DNA from: Trichomonas gallinae
Taxonomy: Eukaryota
Direction of reading: 5' to 3'
NCBI GenBank assembly: GCA_008369845.1
Contig: MRSU01003509.1
Location: 1 to 39,621, forward strand
Length of the DNA: 39,621 bases
Position numbers and translations under genes: made by a program. The stretch's first letter is position 1. Each line of letters starts with the position of its first letter. Shown piece after piece: positions 10,804-19,381 of the stretch. The notes beneath the pieces are model-generated. The model had not been told where the DNA came from. It saw only the letters and a list, made by a program, of their open reading frames with translations, and ran no database searches.

Positions 10804-11841
10804 TTAATTACCTGTGTATCTGACTTTGAATATATACATTTTTGATGTTGGTGTAATAGCATATATAACGTTGTGATCATTTTCTTGACTTTGTATGGAA
10901 ATTATTGCGTTTTCCTTCAAAGTAAGTGTTGCAAAGGGTTTTCCGTTTGTAACATGATAGAATATCATTGTCCTGTCAGACTCTTTGTTTCTGTTCAATA
11001 TCGTGAAATAATATGTGTCTGCGATTAAATAATCTGATCTCAAATGTAATTTATATATTGTGATGAAGAAGCCTTTATTGTGAACATAAACGTGTATCTC
11101 TGATGATAATCGCACAAAAAATTTGTCTCCACTCGGATTAAAACAGAAATCTTCTGAAGGACTCTGAATTGATTCAATTACTTTCTGGTAATTGATAGAA
11201 AACATGAGTATTTCGTTATCTTCTCTAACAGCAGCAAAAGTGCCATTTGGAGATAAAGCAATTTTATCTAGTGGAGTTTTGCCTATTACTCCATTGTATA
11301 GCTGTTTTATATCGGAGTTTGAGATGAATACATTATTAGGATGTTCAACAAGCATGAAATTAGTTCGTGCTGATGTGATAAGTATTTTTTTGTCTGATGT
11401 AACAAGTGGAGATTTCCAAGCCCACTCTTTTAAACTGTATGGTATGACTTTGCCGTTAGAAAAATAACTAATAATATAATTTTCGAGAATAACGAAATCT
11501 ACTAGATCTGTGTCCTTTTCTTCTATTTCTATATACTGCGGGGCCATAATAATCGGAATGTTAATAAAATAAAAGAAATTATTCGTTCCTATAACTAATT
11601 TATCTGTAAAAGGTATAAATCTAATCTTGTAATTTGCAAAAGGAAGATCTAATTTTGCTTCTAAACTGATAGACAACGAAACATCTCGTTCATTTTCAAG
11701 TTTTAGCTGAAATGGTAAATCATTTTCGTCCAATCCTGATATTTGCGAAAGTTTACTTTTAAAACTCTTGATTTTGCGGACTTCTGAGTTTATTGCTTCT
11801 AACAAATCCGCTTCATTATCAGGTAGAAGCGAATTCGAAAT
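10804..11841 (-). CDS. WD40/beta-propeller-like protein (about 345 aa); start codon uncertain, ATT at 11841 proposed
   Basis: Blade-like motifs KIALSPNGTFAAV and DFCFNPSGDKFFV. The frame is open from 11841 (TGA just upstream), but the first in-frame ATG is at 11547, 98 codons in. Confidence 0.62.
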   Translation of the reverse strand: MSNSLLPDNEADLLEAINSEVRKIKSFKSKLSQISGLDENDLPFQLKLENERDVSLSISLEAKLDLPFANYKIRFIPFTDKLVIGTNNFFYFINIPIIMAPQYIEIEEKDTDLVDFVILENYIISYFSNGKVIPYSLKEWAWKSPLVTSDKKILITSARTNFMLVEHPNNVFISNSDIKQLYNGVIGKTPLDKIALSPNGTFAAVREDNEILMFSINYQKVIESIQSPSEDFCFNPSGDKFFVRLSSEIHVYVHNKGFFITIYKLHLRSDYLIADTYYFTILNRNKESDRTMIFYHVTNGKPFATLTLKENAIISIQSQENDHNVIYAITPTSKMYIFKVRYTGN

Positions 11842-11982
11842 TCAAAACCGAAATTTGATTTGTTTCGAAAATTTATGAATAATATATGATAAAAATGATA
11901 AAGAAATAAAAATATTTTTTGAGGTGAAATTAATCGTAGTTGTCACTTTTAGTCGTGTATTAACCTTATTTTCATTTTCCAA
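11842..11982. promoter_or_regulatory. Compact divergent promoter region between the WD40-like and RRM-like genes
   Basis: About 140 bp between head-to-head genes. Inr-like TCATTTT at 11972-11978 (+) just before ATG 11983, TCAAATTT at 11858-11851 (-), and GTCACTTT (AAAGTGAC on -) at 11942-11949. Confidence 0.55.
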
Positions 11983-12939
11983 ATGAATGTTGATAAGAAA
12001 CAGAACATTAAATTGAATCGCAGCGTAAAAGTTATGACACCTTTCAATAAGATAAAGGACTTCTCCAAAGGGGTAATTCTATTAGATTTAAAAACAACGA
12101 TTAACGAATCTGACGTAAAATCCGCTTTACCACACTGCATAGCAGTGGAAATTGATGAAAGATTGGGTTCCTTATATAATGAAAAGCATCACGCTTTTGT
12201 AGTGAAATTTGAAGAATCAAAACACAAACCTGACAACGAAATCATGAGTTTACCCGTATATATGTTTAATTCTGATATGATTATTTACGGTTACGTTGGT
12301 GATAATATAGAAATTCCGTTATTTGATCTTTTGACTCAAATTTACGGGAATAACATGTTTTTATTGGGGAATATTTCGAAAGAAACAACTACTAATCAAA
12401 TACAGATGCTAATTCCGACATGTGATTGTGTTATTAGCATCAAATGCGATCAAATCTGCAATGAAACAAAAACTGCCTTTGTTATAGTAACAAATAGCAT
12501 ACCATACTTCTTTTTATCATGTCAGTATCTACCAGAAACGATTTTTGTTGGAAAATTTTGGTATTGTTATATTGAATCTTCTCTACAAGACTCTATTACA
12601 AAACTAAAGCCATATCTTGACGGTAATCAACAGAAAGAAAAAACAAAACACAAGAAAGGAAACTTTAGATTTTTACTAACGAATTTTGCAGATGAAATAG
12701 ATGATAAAACTATATTTAAGCAACTACCGCATTGTGGTTCGGTTAACTATATCGAATCAAGCTCAGCTTTCGTTGTTGACTTTCCCTCGCTTTTCGATGA
12801 AATCGAATTGCAGGAAATGCGGAAAAACGTCAAGTTCGACTATATACTTATCAAGAGGAATCCAGCAATGTCTATTAGATCTATTTTCAGGTTCAAAAAT
12901 CATGGAGTAGGAAACAAACCTGATGAAGATGATGAATAA
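11983..12939 (+). CDS. Hypothetical protein with three degenerate RRM-like repeats (318 aa)
   Basis: ATG start with Inr. Three similar units: VILLDL..INESDVKSALPHC..AFVVKF; MFLLGNI..TTTNQIQMLIPTC..AFVIV; FLLTNF..IDDKTIFKQLPHC..AFVVDF. The RRM assignment is inference. Confidence 0.7.
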   Translation: MNVDKKQNIKLNRSVKVMTPFNKIKDFSKGVILLDLKTTINESDVKSALPHCIAVEIDERLGSLYNEKHHAFVVKFEESKHKPDNEIMSLPVYMFNSDMIIYGYVGDNIEIPLFDLLTQIYGNNMFLLGNISKETTTNQIQMLIPTCDCVISIKCDQICNETKTAFVIVTNSIPYFFLSCQYLPETIFVGKFWYCYIESSLQDSITKLKPYLDGNQQKEKTKHKKGNFRFLLTNFADEIDDKTIFKQLPHCGSVNYIESSSAFVVDFPSLFDEIELQEMRKNVKFDYILIKRNPAMSIRSIFRFKNHGVGNKPDEDDE

Positions 12940-13057
12940 TTTTATAATATTTTAAATAGATGTAAGTATTCTTGGATGCTCATTCATATTATAGATATTT
13001 ATCGCATTCATATGGAAACCAATCCTCGAGCGTTCAAATTAAAAAGATTTTCAATCA

Positions 13058-13080
13058 TTTTTTTTTTTTTTTTTTTTTTT
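13058..13080. repeat. Poly(T) tract, 23 nt, intergenic
   Basis: Uninterrupted T run read directly from the sequence. Confidence 0.9.
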
Positions 13081-13277
13081 GGTTTGTGATGGAATGAATG
13101 ATGCTGAAAATCTAATTATTAGTCATTTTAGCCTCAAATTAGGTATGGAGTTCCATATTCCATCAAAGAATACATAATTCTTTGTCAGATTGCTGAAAAG
13201 AATGCATATATATAACTTAAGTTTTCAGCATGCTGTAGATGGTTTCGAATAAAAAAAAAATGATATCTGCTCATTTT

Positions 13278-14904
13278 TCACATGAAAATATTGGTTGTAA
13301 ATATTAATATAAACTTTCTGATTATCATCATATTAGCAAGACAAGTAATATTATCTTTGAAAACAAAATCTGGTGAAAATGCAAAGCTGAAGTTATATGT
13401 ATTCGATTGCGATTGATATTCATCAATGCTAAAAACACTAATGCCATGAATTCCAAAACGAAGACTCGCAACCGATCGCTTTATTGAAAAAGGAACCCAT
13501 TCAGTAGTATTTATATTCAAGCATTGATGCTCAAATTCATATTTTTCATCAATTAAAGTTATCAGACAGTTTCTCGATGGAATTTCGTGATCTCTAACTT
13601 GTCCTTTTATCAAAAGAGGCATATATGAATTAACTAAATACGTTACATTTTCAACAATGTTTATATCTGGAGATCTGTTTTCTACAATTGTGAATTCAGT
13701 GTCAAATGGATCTGATTTTATACCGAATTCATCCATTGCGTATATGGTTAACAAATGTTTGCTTCCTATTTTGTATTGTTCCGTTTTAGGAATTGTAAAC
13801 TGTACTTTGGTTCTGTTTTTATTATTGTTGCAAATTATTTTTAAAGTTTTGTAAAGCTGCAATTCATCGAGTATATATAAATTAACATATGTATCATCTA
13901 AAACATCTACAATAACTGATGTATTTTCATTTATCATATATTTTGTTTTTGGATTCCCAAAAAATTCAATTTTTGGTGCTTTCGTGACTAATATTTTGAC
14001 TATTAATGGTGCAGATATGCTGCTTGACTTTGATTCGACAATATATTTCACATCATATTTCCCTGGTGTGAATGGAAGAAGGAAATCATCTTCAAAATTC
14101 ATTTCTTTGCCTTCATCTTGGATTGTTTTGATTAAAACTTCGTTTTGGTCATTCATTGATCTTTTAATTTTTGCTTGCTCTTCTGTTCCGATTGAATTCA
14201 GAGAAAAATTCAAATAAATTCGAGAATCAGGTTCATAATAATCTTTGAGCATTGTTTTAAGGACAAGATTGTAACCAAGAAGAGTAATTCGAGCTGCTCC
14301 ATTTCCTGGGTTACCAATATGTTTTTGTCCGTTAATTAAATATATTTCTTCATTTCCGGGGATGGACTTTTTTTTGGATATTTTTATAACTGATAACTCC
14401 TCCAATAAAGCCGGATCCACCACCTCCATTGTAATGAGAACTATCAGTTCTAGCAAATCCTCCATAATATCCACCACCTCCTGCTCCATTAACAGCATAG
14501 GGAGCATACTGACCATTCTGTCCGTAAAGTTTTTTGTAACCAGAAGAACTTGTTGCTTGAGAAAGATGTGTTGATGAACCTAGTGCTGAATATCCGGCAA
14601 TTTCACCTCCACCCCATCCACTTGGGTAGTATGATGCAAAACTTGCGGCAGGTCGATATGAGCAGCCACCAGCACCTCCTGCGACGATAACACGATTATC
14701 TTCATTGTCGTTGACAGTAGTGGATCCAATACGAATGTCGGTTGAGCCTCCACCACCACCTGCTGGATGATTATCATCATCATCTCTATCTGTTGAGCCT
14801 CCTCCATTAATTCCACCTTTTGAGCCTCGATTTAAGTGAGGGGTTCCATCTTCGCCTTTTCCACCAACAAAAACATAAACATTTGTTGATTCTGGGAGAA
14901 GAAA
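13278..14904 (-). pseudogene. 5'-truncated, frameshifted gene: glycine-rich domain (Gly_rich/ALK-LTK GRD-like), then Ig/Bap-like repeats and a Cys-hydrophobic tail
   Basis: Frame of 14350..14970 encodes VYVFVGGKG..GGGGGSTDIR..RVIVAGGAGG..GGGGYYGG..GGGGSGFIGG. One extra A in the A8 run (T at 14368-14375) moves it into the 13278..14516 frame (KKSIPGNEE..GNPGNGAARIT), which completes the domain. No ATG or domain N-terminus is seen upstream of about 14904. Confidence 0.75.
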
Positions 14905-15081
14905 AGATTTTATGGAAAATATAAAATAACGTATTTTTTGAACCACATTTTGACGACAAATTCTTTTCAATTTCTAAAATTGGCATATTTATTATTTTCT
15001 TCTAAATTTATCATGAACTAAATTCACATTAAATTTGGGTTAAAAGTCATTTTCATATATTTTTTTTTAACTAACTAAAAT

Positions 15082-15665
15082 TTATAAATATAAAATAATC
15101 ATCACATGGAAATAAGATGAATGAATGGACAAATAATTTTGATATTTGCATGATCCAATATTAAATATTTCGGGTATTGGCACAAAGAGTAACATAATTT
15201 ACAGGTTTGATGTTAGAAGGAATGTATCTTGTGTATTGCAAATGCTCTCCTGTGTAGCCAATTGAATAAAACCATGATGTACCATCATGGCATCCATTAA
15301 TGTATGCTGTATTAGTGTTTTGCTAAAACAAGGCCTCCCCATGTACAATAATCATTAACTTTTCCTGCAAGGATTCTAATAGGATTATAGCCAGTAACAT
15401 TGTAGTTGTAACCTGGCCATTGAGCTTCTTCATTCATTGGGTTATTGGTTTGTTGCCAAATATTATAGATTTGTAACTCATCATAAACATGCGCGAAGGT
15501 TAACTTTTTGTCAGAGTCACGATACATGTCACTAATATTACTAAAGATTGAATATTTATGTATTTCATTAATATAAGAAGCTTCATCACTGTATTTTGTA
15601 AAATATCCTATTAAAATGTTGTGGTAAAAAAACTAAAAGATAAAATTTTTTCTCGATGACTCCAT
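15082..15665 (-). pseudogene. Disrupted gene of about 190 codons, possibly fibrinogen-related/lectin-like fold, with a Cys-hydrophobic tail
   Basis: ATG 15665 is in frame with the 15312..15527 ORF but is interrupted by TAG at 15635-15633. Further +1 shifts near 15320 and 15184 give ..YHN..KYSIFS..IWQQTNNP..VTGYNPI..WGGLV..YING..SWFYSIG..VTLxVPIPEIFNIGSCKYQNYLSIHSSYFHVMIILYL*, with TAAA at the stop. The fold is a guess. Confidence 0.7.
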
Positions 15666-15932
15666 AAGTGTAATTTCCAACTGTTGTAATATTAGTAACA
15701 ATAGTCGAAGCAGATAAATTAACGATTTATTATGTTCTCCTTTAATTCTTCTATGTTCAAAAAACGTATGAAGGTTTTTGAGCATCATCTTAATTTTGTT
15801 TCCTTAAATTTGTTCGATAAAAACCTTACAAATTATCAAGATATCAACCGTTTCCATACTAAAATAACAAAATTTCGCTTTATAATAAACAATACAAAAT
15901 ATATAAAAAAATATCAAACAAAATATAATGAA

Positions 15933-18900
15933 TTAAAATTCTTCTTCTTCAAGAGAAGATTCTGTGAGCTCATCTACATCACTCATGTATGGAGACTGAT
16001 ATAAATACTTATCCATTGCACTAACAAAACGATCGTAGTAATTATCTGGTGAAATGATTGTTGGATCAATCTTATATTGTTCATAAATTGGAGTCTTCTT
16101 TACCCATGTCTCAAGAGCTTTGTCGATTGTGTATTTCCTGAAATAGTCGACAATTCCCATTCTTACTAACATCGACGACTTCGACAAGACAACTAAAAGA
16201 GAATAATCCATGATGTTGTGGCTTGCCAGGAAATTCGCGTCTTGAAGAAGCTGCTTGAGAATTGATTTCTTCTTTTGCAATGTCAAAATGATTCTGTTGT
16301 CAAGAGCAGACTTTTCATAATTAGCATCCAACATCACTGACTGATTGTTTTCGCCTAGGAATCTGTTCCTCATTGCTCCTTTGAAATCATACAAAATCAA
16401 ATCATCGCTACTGAATCCGAATCTAAGATTTTCCATCAAAATGCATTTGTACGTCACAGATCCATCGACAACAATCGAGAAAACGCTTAATACTCTTGTC
16501 AGCAGTGTATCTGGATTAGATGCAATATATTTGAAATAATGTGGAAGGAAATTGTTCATTTCAGACATTTCTGCTTGATTTATCGTCTTGATCAAAAATC
16601 GATTATCAAGAGTGATGAAAAACTGAGCTGAGCTTTTTCCTCCGAATGTTACACTTTGTTTTCCGTGTGACAATATTTCAATGAACATATCAAAAGAATA
16701 TCCACACATGCTCATGATTGCTGTGAATTCTGTCGGGTAGCGAATTTCTATATGAAGTTTTTGAGGTTTTGAACTATTCCATGGCAGCGGGAATTTTTCT
16801 TCCATCTCCAAAACGAATTTTGGCGATAAAACATTGTTGACTGATAGATATTCTGCAAAAATTTCTGGTGTCATTTCTCTGTTGAATAAATATTCTGATA
16901 GTTCTGATGGACAGTTATATAACAGATGCATGTGGAATTTGTCACAAGCGAGAATATAAGCTAAAATTGAATTTGGTTTCGTTAAATTAACATTTGTGCT
17001 GTGAAGCATTATAATGTCTGGAAAGAAATAAGTGTTTTCAGCTGCCCAAAGCAAAACAACGAAGCTCTGCAAATACTCAGATGTTGATGGATTTTTTGGC
17101 TTCTTACCATCGTTTCTATCAAACAGCCATTCAGCTTTGACTCCCAGATTTATCTGCTCATCGAAATCTTTCAGTGAGTTTAACACTTCACTGATATGTG
17201 GAAATTCTATGAACCATAACAGCCTCAAAATAATTGTTCTGCAAACTGTTGTTGCGTAAGGTAATATTTGTTCAGGTAATTTTATGTTTTTGAGATTTGT
17301 TGCAATGTGTTCGACTTTCATGAACCAGTTAAAGAAAGTCGTGAAGAAGACAGTATTAAGCGTGCAAGCAAGATCTTTGTTATTGATGACTTTTTGCGTA
17401 AATGCTTTGAGAAATGTATTTAAATAAGCAAAAAGTGGACCAGAGCTTTCCGGCGGACATTTCGATAAACTCTGAGCGTATATAACTTCTGTAGCGTGAA
17501 TTAGATTTGAATAAAATCCAGCATGTCTCAATTCATCAGGATTTGAGTTTGAGTTTAAATTTCTTCCGCGATTTTGAATAAATAAAGGAGCTGTTTGAGG
17601 TGGAGCAATATTAAAAACAACTTTATTTGGAGACCTGCAGACATGCATGGCATTTCTATGGTGAACTAAAATAAATTCTGGGATGTTTTCCGCGTAAAAA
17701 AGATATCTCGCGAATGATGAAAATGAAATTTCAAAAAATTGTTCATTTTCGATCGGTTTGATTTCATTGTTAATGAGAATATAGGACTTTGTTTCATCTT
17801 CTATTACTATATTGTTATATGCTGAGAAAGTTAAAGAATAATTTTCATGAAGAATTCGAAATTGAATAAATTTTTCCATATTGAACAATGAATTGTCGAT
17901 TTTATTGTCTGTAAATATTGGATTTTCTGTCTGTGCATGTTTAACTGATTTTCTAAAAAATCTTTTTAATGTAATGTCTGTTTCTGAATATAACTTAGCT
18001 AATTTAGTTGTACACACGCTGTATCCTGGTGTTGTGAAGTGTACTAATGAATATGGAAACACTGTCTTAAATAAATTTTCAATATTTGGTTCAAAACCGA
18101 AATATGGATTGATTATTTTCATACAATAATCATCATAGTCTATCATTATCAGATCTTGCAATGCATGTTGGACTTTTATGTTCTGGCATCCAGAAAGAAT
18201 AAAAGATCCGTAAGTTATTGGAATTGAACTGATGAAGAAGGCGCAATTTTGTCCTTCTTGTATCAATGATCCTCCTTTTATTAGTTTGTAAAGCTCATTT
18301 GATATATTTTTATCAGCTTCATCTGATGGATCAAAACCGCCGCTTGCAACGTAAAATAAACCAGAAAATTTCATATCCATAGAGCTGTAAAGTGATATTA
18401 ATGAATCTAATACTGGTATTTGAGTAAATTTTGTAAAGAAATCTAGTGTTTCTTGTTTTATATTATGAATTACTGTAATTTGATTAAGTATGCATTTACC
18501 AAGTAGTTTTGGAGGAAATGAGTCGATGCTTAGAATGATTTGAACGTTTAATTGTAAAACTAAATTCATTATTTCGTTTAACATATCATTTTCCAATAAA
18601 TCAGGATCGGGAAATGCTGTTTTAACTATAATGACGGATGGATCTGTAACAATTTTAGAAACCGTGCAATTTGCAATTCCAGAATCGATTTCGTGAGAAT
18701 TTAAGAAAAAAGAATCAGATATTAAGCCATCACTAACCAGCTTAATATCAAAAAGTGCGCTAAAATTATCCAACATCATAGAAGAATTTTGATAAGTTTT
18801 TGAAAATTCATGAGCAAGGTTACAAAGCTTCGTGTTCCATATGGGATCAATATTTCTTTCTAAAAAGAATCCATCTATCTTGCTTTTCCTGTATTCTTCA

Positions 18901-18935
18901 TCGAAATAAGATAGATTGGATTCCCGTTTTAACAT
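15933..18935 (-). CDS. FAB1: Fab1/PIKfyve-like phosphatidylinositol-phosphate kinase (1000 aa), no FYVE domain
   Basis: PIPK motifs GGKSSAQFFITLDNRFLIKTI, ILMENL, YDFKGAMRNR, IMDYSLLV, MGIVDYFRKYTIDKALETWVK and PTIISPDNYYDRFVSAM (Fab1-type activation loop). N-terminal CCT-like stretch NQITVIHNIKQETLDFFTKFT. Start moved to ATG 18935, directly preceded by TCATTTT. Confidence 0.85.
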   Translation of the reverse strand: MLKRESNLSYFDEEYRKSKIDGFFLERNIDPIWNTKLCNLAHEFSKTYQNSSMMLDNFSALFDIKLVSDGLISDSFFLNSHEIDSGIANCTVSKIVTDPSVIIVKTAFPDPDLLENDMLNEIMNLVLQLNVQIILSIDSFPPKLLGKCILNQITVIHNIKQETLDFFTKFTQIPVLDSLISLYSSMDMKFSGLFYVASGGFDPSDEADKNISNELYKLIKGGSLIQEGQNCAFFISSIPITYGSFILSGCQNIKVQHALQDLIMIDYDDYCMKIINPYFGFEPNIENLFKTVFPYSLVHFTTPGYSVCTTKLAKLYSETDITLKRFFRKSVKHAQTENPIFTDNKIDNSLFNMEKFIQFRILHENYSLTFSAYNNIVIEDETKSYILINNEIKPIENEQFFEISFSSFARYLFYAENIPEFILVHHRNAMHVCRSPNKVVFNIAPPQTAPLFIQNRGRNLNSNSNPDELRHAGFYSNLIHATEVIYAQSLSKCPPESSGPLFAYLNTFLKAFTQKVINNKDLACTLNTVFFTTFFNWFMKVEHIATNLKNIKLPEQILPYATTVCRTIILRLLWFIEFPHISEVLNSLKDFDEQINLGVKAEWLFDRNDGKKPKNPSTSEYLQSFVVLLWAAENTYFFPDIIMLHSTNVNLTKPNSILAYILACDKFHMHLLYNCPSELSEYLFNREMTPEIFAEYLSVNNVLSPKFVLEMEEKFPLPWNSSKPQKLHIEIRYPTEFTAIMSMCGYSFDMFIEILSHGKQSVTFGGKSSAQFFITLDNRFLIKTINQAEMSEMNNFLPHYFKYIASNPDTLLTRVLSVFSIVVDGSVTYKCILMENLRFGFSSDDLILYDFKGAMRNRFLGENNQSVMLDANYEKSALDNRIILTLQKKKSILKQLLQDANFLASHNIMDYSLLVVLSKSSMLVRMGIVDYFRKYTIDKALETWVKKTPIYEQYKIDPTIISPDNYYDRFVSAMDKYLYQSPYMSDVDELTESSLEEEEF

Positions 18936-18942
18936 AAAATGA
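18936..18942 (-). promoter_or_regulatory. Initiator (Inr) element of the Fab1-like gene
   Basis: TCATTTT abuts ATG 18935 and matches the trichomonad Inr consensus. Confidence 0.6.
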
Positions 18943-19381
18943 TAAAAGTTTTTATGCAAATTAAACCAATAAATGCAAGCAATGTTAAATATGATTTAAA
19001 AACATGAAATCCTTTAATTTGCTACATAAATTACTTTACATGTCAAAATTATTATCAGGAAAATATCGGATTTTGCTCAATATTTTGCACCTATATTGGC
19101 ATATATTTATTATAACAAGCTTAATGTTTTTTTTGGCTAAATGAAATTGATTTATTAGATACCGTATATTTACAAATCTGCAATTTAACTAAGGATTATC
19201 TTGCGCAAGGTAACTCGCCCACTTGTTTTGCGATACCCCATGGGGAAAAAGCTGGTATTCATTACTAAATCATTATACTTTGTATACAAGCACTTTGAAT
19301 CAATTTTAAATGCATTAATAGCATTAACATTGACAATTCTCAATCTATGCCTATCCATGTGTCATTGTAAAATAGAGTTAA

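Noticed and set aside
14360..14380. Programmed -1 frameshift at A AAA AAG
   Set aside because: The join needs a +1 shift and the gene is also 5'-truncated. A homopolymer indel is simpler.
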